Shown in pieces: positions 25,573 to 35,473 of a stretch of DNA of 64,000 nt. Source of the stretch: a virus (taxonomy: Duplodnaviria; Caudoviricetes); the IMG/VR virus record IMGVR_UViG_2788500332_000006, positions 32,979 through 96,978 of that record, one strand, 5' to 3'. Positions within the stretch are counted from its first letter, which is position 1; every line of letters starts with the position of its first letter. Position numbers and translations under genes: made by a program. The notes under the pieces are model-generated. The model did no database searches. It was given only the letters and a program-made list of their open reading frames with translations, and was not told the DNA's origin.

Positions 25573-26880
25573 ATGCACATCGTCCGGCTCAATGCCGAGA
25601 ACATCAAACGTTTGTCCGCAGTGGAGATCGCCCCCAACGGCAATCTCGTCGAGATCACCGGCAAGAACGGCCAAGGCAAGACCTCCGTGCTCGACGCCAT
25701 TTATTGGGCGCTGGCCGGCACCAAGCCGATCCAGGGCAAGCCCGTGCGCGACGGCGCCGACACCGGCTCAGTGACGCTCGACCTTGGCGAATACGTCGTG
25801 ACCCGCAAATTCCGGGTTCGCGACGACGGCGAGTACACGACGTCGCTCACCGTCGCCAACAAGGACGGCGCCAAGTACAGCGACCCGCAGAAGCTGCTCA
25901 ACGCCCTGGTTGGCGATCTCACTTTCGACCCCCTGGACTTCTCGCGGATGAAGCCGCTCGACCAGGTCATCGCGTTGCGCGCTCTGGTGCCCGACTACGA
26001 TTTCGTGGAAGCCGATCGCCTCAGCTTGAAGGACTTCAATGCCCGAACGGAAGTTAACCGCGATATCCGCGACCTTCAGGCCCGCGTCGAAGCGATCATC
26101 GTTCCGGACGGCACCCCCGACGAGCGCGTCGACCTCGCGGCGCTGATGGAGGAGCTGCAGAAGGATCTCGAGGCCAACGAGGCGGCCCGCCGCCATGCCG
26201 AGAAGGTCAATTCACACACGGCGGCCATCGCCACTCTCGAGGAAGAGATCCAGCGCGGACGATCCGATATCGCCCGCTTGCAGGCGGAAATCGCCAACAT
26301 CGAGAAAAATATCGCCGCACGGGAGCTCGGCATCGAGGAACACCGCGATCTTATCGACGACCTCGGCTTGGCTCCGGCTCAGATCGACACCGCCGACGTG
26401 CGCCAGAGGATCGCCGAATCCGAGACGATCAATCGGAACGTCGAACTGAAGAAGCAGCGGCGGAAGCTGAACGCCGAGCTTCGCGACAAGACCGAGGAAA
26501 GCGCCAACCTGACCGGCAGCATCGCCGTCCGCAAGGCCGCGGCCGCCAAAGCGGTGCGCGACGCGGATCTCCCGGTGGAGGGGCTGGAGCTCACCGAGGA
26601 TGGCGTTCTGCTCAACGGCGTGCCGTTCGATCAGGCCAGCGATGCCGAACAGCTCCGCGTCTCGATCGCCGTCGCCGGCGCCATGAACCCGCGCCTTCGC
26701 GTCATCCGCGTGCGCGACGGCTCGCTTCTGGACGACGACTCCATGGCCGCCCTCGCCAGCTATGCCGAGGCCAACGGGCTCCAGGTGTGGGTCGAGACGG
26801 TCCAGTCCGGCCGGGAGGCCGCCATCGTCATCGAAGACGGGCACGTCGCCAAGCGAGAGGAGGCAGGCTCAGATGCTTGA
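25573..26880 (+). CDS. SMC/RecF-like ABC-type ATPase with coiled coil
   Basis: LNAENIKRL, ITGKNGQGKTSVLDAI, long coiled coil, ASDAEQ signature-like, RDGSLLD. Confidence 0.85.
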   Translation: MHIVRLNAENIKRLSAVEIAPNGNLVEITGKNGQGKTSVLDAIYWALAGTKPIQGKPVRDGADTGSVTLDLGEYVVTRKFRVRDDGEYTTSLTVANKDGAKYSDPQKLLNALVGDLTFDPLDFSRMKPLDQVIALRALVPDYDFVEADRLSLKDFNARTEVNRDIRDLQARVEAIIVPDGTPDERVDLAALMEELQKDLEANEAARRHAEKVNSHTAAIATLEEEIQRGRSDIARLQAEIANIEKNIAARELGIEEHRDLIDDLGLAPAQIDTADVRQRIAESETINRNVELKKQRRKLNAELRDKTEESANLTGSIAVRKAAAAKAVRDADLPVEGLELTEDGVLLNGVPFDQASDAEQLRVSIAVAGAMNPRLRVIRVRDGSLLDDDSMAALASYAEANGLQVWVETVQSGREAAIVIEDGHVAKREEAGSDA

Positions 26881-27787
26881 GGCGTTCATCACCCGCAACT
26901 TCTCCGGCTCGTCCCTCGAAATCATCGATCACGCCAACCGGATCATCGCCGACTACCAGCGCCAGGGCTTCTCGCTCACGCTCCGCCAGCTCTACTACCA
27001 GTTTGTGAGCCGCGACCTTATCGCGAACAAGCTGAGAGAATACAAGCGCCTCGGCTCCATCATCAACGATGGTCGCCTCGCCGGCCTGATCGATTGGGAA
27101 GCGATCGAGGACAGGACGCGGAATGTCCGCAAGCCCAACGTCTGGGAGAACCCCTCCGAGATCATCGACGCGATTGCCGAGCAATACAAAGAGGACCTTT
27201 GGGCGGACCAGCAATATAGGCCGGAGGTCTGGATCGAGAAGGACGCCCTGATCGGCGTCATAGAACCGGTCTGCAAGAGGTTCCGCGTTCCCTACTTCGC
27301 CTGCCGTGGCTACTCGTCTCAGTCTGAACAGTATGCCGCCGGCTGTCGGTTCCGCGATCTCTTGAACAACGGGGCGACGCCTATCGTCCTGCACCTCGGC
27401 GACCACGACCCGAGCGGCATCGACATGACGCGCGATAACGAGGATCGCCTCACTCTGTTTGCTGGCGAGAGCGTCGAGGTCCGCAGGCTGGCCCTGAATT
27501 GGGAGCAGATCCAGGCGCACTCGCCGCCTCCGAACCCGGCCAAGGAAACCGACAGCAGATCCGGCAACTACATCGAGCAGTTTGGTGGCTCGTCTTGGGA
27601 ACTTGATGCGCTCGAGCCGAAGATTATCGACCGGATCATCTCCGAAGAGCTTGAGGGGCTGATCGATCAGGAGGCCTGGGAAGAGGCCAAACGGCGAGAA
27701 TCCGAGGCCAAGGAAGTTCTCGGCGATATCTCGACCAGCTTCGACGACGTTGTTTCTTTCCTGCGCGGACACGAGGAAACCGAATAA
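26873..27787 (+). CDS. Topo VI-A/Spo11-like WH + Toprim protein
   Basis: TLRQLYY, EVWIEKDAL, CRGYSS, LGDHDPSG, ELDAL. Confidence 0.8.
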   Translation: MLEAFITRNFSGSSLEIIDHANRIIADYQRQGFSLTLRQLYYQFVSRDLIANKLREYKRLGSIINDGRLAGLIDWEAIEDRTRNVRKPNVWENPSEIIDAIAEQYKEDLWADQQYRPEVWIEKDALIGVIEPVCKRFRVPYFACRGYSSQSEQYAAGCRFRDLLNNGATPIVLHLGDHDPSGIDMTRDNEDRLTLFAGESVEVRRLALNWEQIQAHSPPPNPAKETDSRSGNYIEQFGGSSWELDALEPKIIDRIISEELEGLIDQEAWEEAKRRESEAKEVLGDISTSFDDVVSFLRGHEETE

Positions 27788-28920
27788 TGGGCGGTCTGTA
27801 CGACACATTCCAACCAGACGAACGCGGCGTCTATCACCTACCGGATGGCATCTACTTCAACCTTCCTGAAGCCATCTATCATGCCGATGACGCGCTCGGC
27901 TCGACCTCGATCATCGAGATCGCCAGCAAGCCTTGCCTCTGGCAATACAATCGCCTTCGCCCGCGCAAGGAGATGGAGGCGGAATACCTGGTCTGGGGGC
28001 GCGCGTGGCATTGCCGCCTCCTCGAGGGGAAGGATGCCTTCAATTCCCGCTATGCCCGCCCGCCGAGGCCGGAGGACTTCCCCGGCTGCCTCGTGACGGC
28101 CGACGACGTGAAGGACTTCCTCCGCCAGAACGGGCAGAGGCTTACTGGCGCGAAAGCCGAACTCGTCGCCCGCGCCAAGGCCTGCGACGATTGCCCGCCG
28201 ATCTTCGATGACCTGCTTGCGGCCTGGAGAGTCGAGCACCCCGACTATGTCGAGCTCACCCCGCGTCAGGTGCAGGAGATCGAGGACGCCGTCTCGAACA
28301 TGCAGCGCGATCCGACGCTGGCAGCCGTCATGCAGGCCGGCGCGCTGATCGACGGCGCGGCCGAGCTTTCGATCTTCTACACGGAGAGCGGCATTCGCCG
28401 GAAGGCACGCTTCGACTACGGGCTCGGTCCCGCCGGCGCCCGCACCAAGAGCCTCGTCATCGACCTCAAGAGCTTCACGACCTTCAAGGGCGGCAGCGAC
28501 GAGGAGGCGGCCATCTCGAAGCTCTACGAGCGCGCCTACGACGTGCAGTCGGCTTGGTATCTTCGGGCGTTCCGCGCCGCCAGACGACTCCTTGCCGAGG
28601 GGCTGGTCTTCGGTGACGTGCCTCGGAGCGGCTATATCGAAAACCTCCTCGGAGCCGAGGCTGTCGACTGGGTCTGGGTCATGATCCGTCGCGACGCCGG
28701 CATGATCCCGGTGGTGGCTTCCGTTGGGGGCGACGACCAGCTTTTCGAGCACGCCGACCGCATCATCGACGACACCCTCGACGTCTACCGGTCCTATGTC
28801 GACCAGTTCGGCCTCGACCAGCTCTGGACGCCACCGCCGAAGGTCCCGCTCCGGCTCAACGCTTCCATGTTCCCCACCTACAACCGAGGCCTTTCCTATG
28901 AGCAGCCCGCAGCCCGCTAA
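27787..28920 (+). CDS. RecE/ExoVIII-like PD-(D/E)xK exonuclease
   Basis: YHADDALGST, WGRAWHCRLLE, AELSI, KARFD, IDLKS, YDVQSAWY. Confidence 0.85.
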   Translation: MGGLYDTFQPDERGVYHLPDGIYFNLPEAIYHADDALGSTSIIEIASKPCLWQYNRLRPRKEMEAEYLVWGRAWHCRLLEGKDAFNSRYARPPRPEDFPGCLVTADDVKDFLRQNGQRLTGAKAELVARAKACDDCPPIFDDLLAAWRVEHPDYVELTPRQVQEIEDAVSNMQRDPTLAAVMQAGALIDGAAELSIFYTESGIRRKARFDYGLGPAGARTKSLVIDLKSFTTFKGGSDEEAAISKLYERAYDVQSAWYLRAFRAARRLLAEGLVFGDVPRSGYIENLLGAEAVDWVWVMIRRDAGMIPVVASVGGDDQLFEHADRIIDDTLDVYRSYVDQFGLDQLWTPPPKVPLRLNASMFPTYNRGLSYEQPAAR

Positions 28921-30133
28921 CGCCGTCGCCATCCTCGACGAGATCCGCGGCGATATCGCCCCTCTTCTCGCCGAGAACGGGCAGTCCTTCGACCGGCTGC
29001 TCTCGACCTTCAAGATCGCGGTTCAGCAGGAACCGAAGATCCTGCAATGCACGCCCGGCAGCCTACGTCGCGAGATCTCCAAGTGCGCCGCCGACGGGCT
29101 CGTCCCCGACGCCAAGGAAGCCGTCATCCTCTACTACTACGACAAGGAGGAGAAGGCTTTCATCGCCAACTACCAGCCGATGGTTTACGGCATCATCAAG
29201 CGGATGCGCGAACTGGGCTCGGTGTTCAACATCATCTGCGAGCTCGTCTGCCAGGGCGATACCTTCTCGTTCAATGCCGCCGACCCCGATAGCCTGTCGC
29301 ACTTCTGGGATGTCTTCTCGGAGTCTCCGCGCGGCGCGACGCGTGCCGCCTACGTCATTTTCCGCGACAACCAGAAGCGGGTGATGCATCGCGAGATCAT
29401 GACGCTTGCCGAGTTGCAATCGGTTCGAGATGCATCGAAGGCGCCCAACAGCCCGGCCTGGAAGAACTTCGAGGGTGAGATGTACCAGAAGGCGGTGTTG
29501 CGCCGCGGATCAAAGTACATCTCCATCAACAATGACAAGATCCGCTCCATGATCGAACGCATGGACGACATGTTCGATTTCCGCCAGCCGGCCCAAGTCG
29601 AGCGCGTCGACCCGTTTGCCGGTGGCGCGGCGCTGGAAGGTCGCAGGGAGCCGGCGCAGGCAATCGAGCACCAGCCGACCCAGCCGATCGAGATGGCCGC
29701 CACGGATCGCCAGGATGACCGGGCGCCGGTCTCCGCCGGCAAGGAGGACCAGCCGGCGTCGAAGGCCGGCCAGGAATCGGTCAAGCGCCCAAAGTACCTG
29801 GAGGAGGCTCCCGCCGTTCCGGACGTGATGACGATCGATGCCGACGAGACGGCCGCCGTCGCCGAATCCTTCGGCAAGGTGCTGGCGATCGCCAATGAGC
29901 CTGGCTGCTCGGTCGAAGAGCGGCGAGGCATCCTTAAGGTGATCACCCCCGAGAAAAAGGCGAACACGCCGGAGCATCTTCACGAGGCCCTGCGCGTCGT
30001 CATCGCCATGGTCGACTGGTGCCTGCAGCGGGAAGCTCGTGAGATGCCGTGGGCATCCGATCACATGGCCTTCGCCCAGAAGCTGGCCGCCAAGCTCGAC
30101 GTCGAGCGCCTCAACGTCGGCAAGTACCAGTGA
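28898..30133 (+). CDS. recT: RecT-family recombinase with C-terminal extension
   Basis: ILQCTPGSL, AADGLVPD, YQPMVYG, SPAWKNFEGEMYQKAVLRR. Confidence 0.85.
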   Translation: MSSPQPANAVAILDEIRGDIAPLLAENGQSFDRLLSTFKIAVQQEPKILQCTPGSLRREISKCAADGLVPDAKEAVILYYYDKEEKAFIANYQPMVYGIIKRMRELGSVFNIICELVCQGDTFSFNAADPDSLSHFWDVFSESPRGATRAAYVIFRDNQKRVMHREIMTLAELQSVRDASKAPNSPAWKNFEGEMYQKAVLRRGSKYISINNDKIRSMIERMDDMFDFRQPAQVERVDPFAGGAALEGRREPAQAIEHQPTQPIEMAATDRQDDRAPVSAGKEDQPASKAGQESVKRPKYLEEAPAVPDVMTIDADETAAVAESFGKVLAIANEPGCSVEERRGILKVITPEKKANTPEHLHEALRVVIAMVDWCLQREAREMPWASDHMAFAQKLAAKLDVERLNVGKYQ

Positions 30134-30141
30134 GGTCCGCC

Positions 30142-30870
30142 ATGAAAATCAGGGTCATCGACTTCGAAACGACCGGGACCGACAAGGATCTGAAGGCCGG
30201 CAAGAAGGTGGAGATCTGCGAGCTCGGCTACACCGAGGTCGACGTGGAGACGCGCTACGTCTCCATGCCCATTTGGCACTACGTCGATCCCGGCATATCG
30301 ATCCCGCCGGAGGCGCGGGCCATTCACCACATCTCCGACGCTGACGTGGCGGGCGCCATGTCGCCGGCGGAGGCTCGCACCCTGCTGATGTCCGGGATGG
30401 ACCCGGGCGACCTGTTCGCCGCCCACCGTGCCTCCTTCGAACAGACGTTCTTCCCCGGCGGGACGCACGAGTGGATCTGCACCTACGTTGCGGCCAAGCA
30501 CCTCTACGACGACCTGCCGGGCTATTCCAACCAGGCGCTCCGCTACATCCTCGGCATCGACCAAGGATTCGAGTGGCCGGTGCTCGCCATGCCGCCGCAT
30601 CGGGCCGGTCCCGACTCCTACGTCACGGCCGGCATCATCCGCCACATGCTGATCGAGAACTCGACGCGCGATCTCACGACGCTGACGAGGCTCCCAATCC
30701 TGCAGAAGCGCGTTCCCTTCGGCAAGTACGAGGGGCAGCTCTGGGCCGACATGGATGCCGGCTACCTCGAATGGATCTTGAAGAAGGACTTCGACGACGA
30801 GGTCATGAATACCGCCCGCCACTATCTCCGGCAGCGGCGCCAGGAAGCCACCCCATATCCCTTCGCTTAG
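30142..30870 (+). CDS. ExoX-like DEDDh 3'-5' exonuclease
   Basis: IDFETTG, AIHHI, AHRASFE, HRAGPDS; C-terminal PFGKYEG. Confidence 0.9.
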   Translation: MKIRVIDFETTGTDKDLKAGKKVEICELGYTEVDVETRYVSMPIWHYVDPGISIPPEARAIHHISDADVAGAMSPAEARTLLMSGMDPGDLFAAHRASFEQTFFPGGTHEWICTYVAAKHLYDDLPGYSNQALRYILGIDQGFEWPVLAMPPHRAGPDSYVTAGIIRHMLIENSTRDLTTLTRLPILQKRVPFGKYEGQLWADMDAGYLEWILKKDFDDEVMNTARHYLRQRRQEATPYPFA

Positions 30871-30879
30871 GAGGACGAC

Positions 30880-31233
30880 ATGCAAATCCTGAAGAGGGGC
30901 GATATCGTCCTGCTGCCGGCGAAAGTCACAGGCTTTTCGACTGATGGCGAGGAGATCAACGTAGAGGTTGTTTCGGATTTGACGCGCATTTATGGCGTCC
31001 CCGTCGATTCTGTGACCGTCGTGACTTTCGACTTCGCTGCTGGCGACCGGATCAGTCTATCCGACATTGAAGTCGATTACGCCACCGTTCTCGGCGCCAC
31101 CGACGAGGAGGTGTGGGTTAAGCAGGACGGCGCCGACAAGTCGACCACCATCAGCCGCAAGGCCGTCAAGGGACGTCTCCCAGATGCCGAGCCGGAACTG
31201 CCGGCCGAATTCGGAGGTGTCTCCAATGGCTGA
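30880..31233 (+). CDS. Hypothetical protein
   Basis: AGGAGG RBS. Confidence 0.7.
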   Translation: MQILKRGDIVLLPAKVTGFSTDGEEINVEVVSDLTRIYGVPVDSVTVVTFDFAAGDRISLSDIEVDYATVLGATDEEVWVKQDGADKSTTISRKAVKGRLPDAEPELPAEFGGVSNG

Positions 31234-31537
31234 CCGCGCCTACCTAGAACGCCTCACCAAGGATCTCGTCGATCAAGGCAAGCTGGTCGAGGCCGGCTGG
31301 AACGGGCTCCGCCTTGCCGCCATCCCGCTCAACACGCCGGCAGCCCAGCTTGAAGAAATGCGGGCGGCATTCTTCGCCGGTGCCCATCATCTGTTCGCGT
31401 CGCTGATGTGCGTGTTCGATGAGGATGAAGAGCCGACCGACGCCGATCTGCGCAAGCTCGACTTGATCGAGCGCGAGTTGGCCGGCTTCATCCGCGACTA
31501 CGAGATGAAGCACGTGAAGACCGAGGGGAGCGCGTGA
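31226..31537 (+). CDS. Phage hypothetical protein
   Basis: GGAGG RBS; QLEEMRAAFFAGA motif. Confidence 0.7.
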   Translation: MADRAYLERLTKDLVDQGKLVEAGWNGLRLAAIPLNTPAAQLEEMRAAFFAGAHHLFASLMCVFDEDEEPTDADLRKLDLIERELAGFIRDYEMKHVKTEGSA

Positions 31538-31540
31538 GCG

Positions 31541-31900
31541 ATGGCCGATCGCATTTCCTGCTGCGTCCCGTTCTGCCAGCATACCCGCGGCTTGCACAAG
31601 GACGAGACCAGCCTTCCGTTGGAGTGGATCTGCGCCAAGCACTGGCGCCCGGTTACCAGAAAACTGCGGCGGCTCAAGTCGCGCACCGAAGCCGCCTATG
31701 TCGCCGCGAAGATCAAATGCGAAGCCATCGAGATCGAGGGGATGGAATGCGCCAAGATGCGTGAGGGAGGCGTCGACCGAGCGATCCTCGATCGCTTCCA
31801 GGAGGCGGCGGATCGGCTCGAACGGAAAGGCGCGCAGGCCACACGGGCATGGGAGCGCTGCAAGCGCGCTGCCATCGAGGCGGCGGGAGGGATCGGATGA
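31541..31900 (+). CDS. Hypothetical protein with Cys/His cluster
   Basis: CCVPFC..WICAKHW. Confidence 0.7.
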   Translation: MADRISCCVPFCQHTRGLHKDETSLPLEWICAKHWRPVTRKLRRLKSRTEAAYVAAKIKCEAIEIEGMECAKMREGGVDRAILDRFQEAADRLERKGAQATRAWERCKRAAIEAAGGIG

Positions 31901-32181
31901 TCTACACCATCGGCCATCGCGAATCCTACAGGCGCGGCCTCGCGGAGATGCAGAGCACCTTCTTCAAGCTCGGGAAAGGCGAGTACAAGGGTGAGCCGTA
32001 TGCCGGTGGCGCGGCATTCTCGTCTTGGGACGATGCCGCGACCTATCTCGTTTCGACCGGCCACCAAGACGACTACAGCGTCTACGGCCTCATGGCCGAC
32101 TGGGAGGCCGACACCGAGCAGCTTGAGGGCGAACCCTTTCGGCGCCTGCTCCGCGACGCACAGATCGTGAGCCTGCCATGA
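31897..32181 (+). CDS. Hypothetical protein
   Basis: ATGA coupling. Confidence 0.7.
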   Translation: MIYTIGHRESYRRGLAEMQSTFFKLGKGEYKGEPYAGGAAFSSWDDAATYLVSTGHQDDYSVYGLMADWEADTEQLEGEPFRRLLRDAQIVSLP

Positions 32182-32531
32182 CCCGTATCATCGTCCGTAG
32201 TGGCCCCAAATACCAGAACGCCGACCGGGTATTCCTCGTGCTCGATCGCGCCGTGAAGAACCTCGGCATGACAGTGCTGATCCACAGTGATGCCAAGGGC
32301 GCCGAAAGCATCGCCGCTGGGTGGGCGGGGCTTCATGGCATTGAGACTGTCCTCTTGCAGGTGGACTCGAAGCTGTACGGCAAGACCTCGGTTCCCATGC
32401 TGAACTCCAAGATGCTGGAGGAAGGAAAGCCCGATTACGTCATTGCCTTCCCCGGCGGCTGGGACGTGGACGACCTGATCCGCAAGGCGCACGAGGCCAG
32501 CGTCAAGGTCTACGAGATCGACCGCCTATGA
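32178..32531 (+). CDS. SLOG/YspA-like (DUF2493) protein, divergent
   Basis: VLIHSDAKGAESIAAGWA..MLEEGKPDYVIAFPGG. Confidence 0.75.
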   Translation: MTRIIVRSGPKYQNADRVFLVLDRAVKNLGMTVLIHSDAKGAESIAAGWAGLHGIETVLLQVDSKLYGKTSVPMLNSKMLEEGKPDYVIAFPGGWDVDDLIRKAHEASVKVYEIDRL

Positions 32532-32962
32532 CCAGGATTGCCCCCTCAAAGCCGGCGCCCGCGCCGCCCAAGGGCTTCCGCCCGCATATGTCGACGAAGG
32601 TGAAGCTCGAGGCTGCCTTGCGCGCCCTCGGCCTGACGCTGGAGACGGTGGATTGGGACCATGACCCTCCAATCCAAATGCGAGTCTGGGTGCCTGAGAA
32701 GGGCGATACCGAACCGCCGGCGAACGACCCGTCCCACATCGTGCCGCGGCGGCGGGAAGACCACCGGCGCAAGACATCCGGCGGCGCCACCAAGGCGAGA
32801 GCCCAGGGGGACGTCACCGAGATCGCCAGGACCAAGCGGCTCGCCGAGAGCCAGGAAGAGTTCCGGCGGCGGCTGCTCGCCAAGGAGCCGGGTGACAAGC
32901 CGGAACGGAAAAGCAAATGGCCGAGCAGATCGCTCGGCAAGAAGACGGAGCGAAGAACCTGA
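32528..32962 (+). CDS. Degenerate HNH-like protein
   Basis: WDHDPP..NDPSHI..HRRKT..DVTEIARTKR. Confidence 0.6.
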   Translation: MTRIAPSKPAPAPPKGFRPHMSTKVKLEAALRALGLTLETVDWDHDPPIQMRVWVPEKGDTEPPANDPSHIVPRRREDHRRKTSGGATKARAQGDVTEIARTKRLAESQEEFRRRLLAKEPGDKPERKSKWPSRSLGKKTERRT

Positions 32963-33219
32963 TGCCCTATCCTCCCCTCATCCAGCGGTCGAACCAGGCG
33001 CGCTCCGCCGGCCGCCGCGACGACATTCCACCCCGGCACGACCGGATTATGCGCCGGATCGACGAGCTCAACGTCACCTGCGAGTCCGTCGTGTCCCGGG
33101 CCGGCTACTCGTTCACGACGCTCGACGATATCCGCGCCGGCCGGGTCAAGCGTGACTGCATCCTGACCGACTTCGAGATCGCACTCGATCTCCCGAAGTG
33201 GGAGGGCCGGCACACATGA
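32962..33219 (+). CDS. Hypothetical protein (possible HTH)
   Basis: TGATG coupling. Confidence 0.55.
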   Translation: MPYPPLIQRSNQARSAGRRDDIPPRHDRIMRRIDELNVTCESVVSRAGYSFTTLDDIRAGRVKRDCILTDFEIALDLPKWEGRHT

Positions 33220-33449
33220 TCTCCGATCGCTCCCAACTGGAAGGGCCGGCCGTTGGCGGCCCGCTGGATGGGCAGCGGCTCGAGTTCGGTCGTGACGAGA
33301 TCTGCGCGCCCGACGGGACGCGCTACCTCTGGACGCCAATCCTCGTCAACGGGAGGACAGCGGCCGGTTTCTGGAAGGTCGAATTCATCGGCGAGGGGAT
33401 CGCCATCGAGACACTGGTTTCGGGCTACCGGAAGAGCCCGGCGGCGTAA
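33216..33449 (+). CDS. Hypothetical protein (GGPLDG type)
   Basis: ATGA coupling. Confidence 0.6.
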   Translation: MISDRSQLEGPAVGGPLDGQRLEFGRDEICAPDGTRYLWTPILVNGRTAAGFWKVEFIGEGIAIETLVSGYRKSPAA

Positions 33450-33495
33450 GCCGTGAATCCTCCGACCCGCAAGTATGCGAACCATGGAGACCATC

Positions 33496-33783
33496 ATGCT
33501 GGACCCGTTGCTACGGGCGTCCCTCCGGCACGACATCGTCGAGGTGCTTGCCGCCTCTGACAACGTCACCGGCCAGGTCGGCGAGCTTGCCGACCGTCTA
33601 ACCGCCGCCGTCGAAAAACTCTGGACCGACGTTTCCTCTGCCAACCTCCGGAAGCTCGACCCGGGGCGCCTGCTTGCCGAGGTCGCCAACCATATCGATG
33701 CGTCCATCACCGCTCGGGCCGCCTGTCGGGCTGCCAAGGAGGCCCCCTTCCTCGCCGCTATCGACACCGAGGGCGGAGCATGA
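33496..33783 (+). CDS. Hypothetical protein
   Basis: Leader motif at 33466-33490. Confidence 0.65.
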   Translation: MLDPLLRASLRHDIVEVLAASDNVTGQVGELADRLTAAVEKLWTDVSSANLRKLDPGRLLAEVANHIDASITARAACRAAKEAPFLAAIDTEGGA

Positions 33784-34898
33784 CCGCCTGGTCTCCGCAG
33801 CAGAACGAGGCGCTGTCGACCGCCGGCGCTTGGATGCGGATGAAGTATTCGCCGACGTTCTACTTGGCGGGCTACGCAGGGACGGGCAAGACCACGCTCG
33901 CGATGCACCTCGCAGAACATGCCCGCGGCGAGGTGGCGTTCGCCGCGTTCACCGGCAAGGCGTCGCGCGTGATGCGCAACAAGGGCTGCGCCGACGCCAA
34001 GACCATCCACAGCCTGATCTACAATGCTGAGACCAACATCGAGACCGGAGAGGTGACGCTCACCCTGAAATCGAGAGCCGAACTCGACAACTACAGCCTC
34101 GTCATCGTCGACGAGGTCAGCATGGTGAACGAGGAACTGGGGAAGGATCTTCTCAGCTTTGGCATCCCGGTCCTCGTGCTCGGCGATCCGGCACAACTGC
34201 CGCCGCCGAACGGTGCCGGCTACTTCACCCGCCGAGATCCCGACTACATGCTGACCGAGGTCCATCGGCAGGCGGCCGACAGCCCGGTCCTGAAGCTGGC
34301 GACGGCCATACGCCAAGGCGAATGGAATCGCGCCGAGGTCGACGGCCCGAACCTTTCGGTCGTGCGGAAGTCAGGCTTCGACCGATCGGTGGCGACCAAT
34401 GCCGACATCGTGCTGGTCGGCCGAAACGACACCCGGCGGTGCTTCAACGACTGGATCAGAAAAAAGGCCGGTATCGCCGCCGGCGCCATGCCCCAGAAAG
34501 GCGAGCCGGTGATTTGCCTGAAGAACGATCGCCAGGTGCGCATCAACAATGGCGACTTGTTCCGCGTCGAGGCGGTCAAGTCGAAGCGCGGCAAGACGAT
34601 CAGGCTCGAGCTTTTCGACGCGGAAACCGGTGCTCAGCGCTCGGTAACGGTTCCCAGGGAGTTCTTCCTCAACGACGCGAAGGCCGCGGAGATGCCCTAC
34701 CGGGACCTCATGAACAAGCAGCAGTTCACCTTCGGCTACGCGATCACCTGCCACAAGTCGCAGGGGTCCCAGTGGCCGCACGTCTGCGTCTTCGACGAGA
34801 GCGAGGCCTTCCGCGAAGACGGTCAGCGCTGGCTCTACACGGCCGTCACCCGCGCGTCCGAAAAGCTCACCCTCGTACTTAGGGAGAAAAGATCATGA
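33780..34898 (+). CDS. RecD/Dda-like SF1B helicase
   Basis: GYAGTGKTT, AFTGKA, VDEVSMV, GDPAQLPP, HRQ, YAITCHKSQGSQW, LYTAVTRA. Confidence 0.92.
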   Translation: MTAWSPQQNEALSTAGAWMRMKYSPTFYLAGYAGTGKTTLAMHLAEHARGEVAFAAFTGKASRVMRNKGCADAKTIHSLIYNAETNIETGEVTLTLKSRAELDNYSLVIVDEVSMVNEELGKDLLSFGIPVLVLGDPAQLPPPNGAGYFTRRDPDYMLTEVHRQAADSPVLKLATAIRQGEWNRAEVDGPNLSVVRKSGFDRSVATNADIVLVGRNDTRRCFNDWIRKKAGIAAGAMPQKGEPVICLKNDRQVRINNGDLFRVEAVKSKRGKTIRLELFDAETGAQRSVTVPREFFLNDAKAAEMPYRDLMNKQQFTFGYAITCHKSQGSQWPHVCVFDESEAFREDGQRWLYTAVTRASEKLTLVLREKRS

Positions 34899-35473
34899 CC
34901 ACCGCCTATCCGCTTTCCTGGCCTGAGGGATTCCCTCGTTCGCAACGGCGCGAGACGGGCAACTTCCGCACCACTCTCGCCGTCGCGCTGAAGAACGTGC
35001 AGGACAGCCTTCGGCTGTTCGGGCGAGACAGCGGCAAGTCGGTCCAGGACGTCATCTTGTCATCGAACGTAACGCTTGGCGTCGGCTCGCCGAGTGACCC
35101 GGGTGTGGCGGCTTGGTTCATGTGGGACGGCGAGCAGCGCTGTATCCCCGTCGATCGCTACAGCACACCAGCCGCCAACTTGCAGGCCATCCACCACGTC
35201 CTGGAGGCGCGACGCGTCGAACTGCGCCACGGCACACTGGCGCTGGTCCGCGCCACGTTCCGGGGTTTCACGGCCGCGCTGCCGGCGCCGGGCCGCAAGC
35301 CCTGGCACCAGGTTCTCGGCGTTCGCCCGTCGGCCACCAAGGTCGAGGTGGACGGGGCCTACAAGCGGTTGGCGCGCGAGCGGCATCCCGATGTTGCCGG
35401 CGGCAGCGATGCTTTGATGGCCGAGCTCAATGCGGCGCGAGACTTAGCCTACAAGGAGAATGGCTTTGCGTGA
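34895..35473 (+). CDS. Phage J-domain (DnaJ-type) protein
   Basis: WHQVLGV..AYKRLARERHPD..MAELNAA. Confidence 0.88.
   Translation: MTTAYPLSWPEGFPRSQRRETGNFRTTLAVALKNVQDSLRLFGRDSGKSVQDVILSSNVTLGVGSPSDPGVAAWFMWDGEQRCIPVDRYSTPAANLQAIHHVLEARRVELRHGTLALVRATFRGFTAALPAPGRKPWHQVLGVRPSATKVEVDGAYKRLARERHPDVAGGSDALMAELNAARDLAYKENGFA

Noticed and set aside
25573-27787. Complete Wadjet defence system
   Set aside because: No JetA/JetB equivalents, the ATPase is far shorter than JetC, and it lies in a CI-repressed lytic operon.
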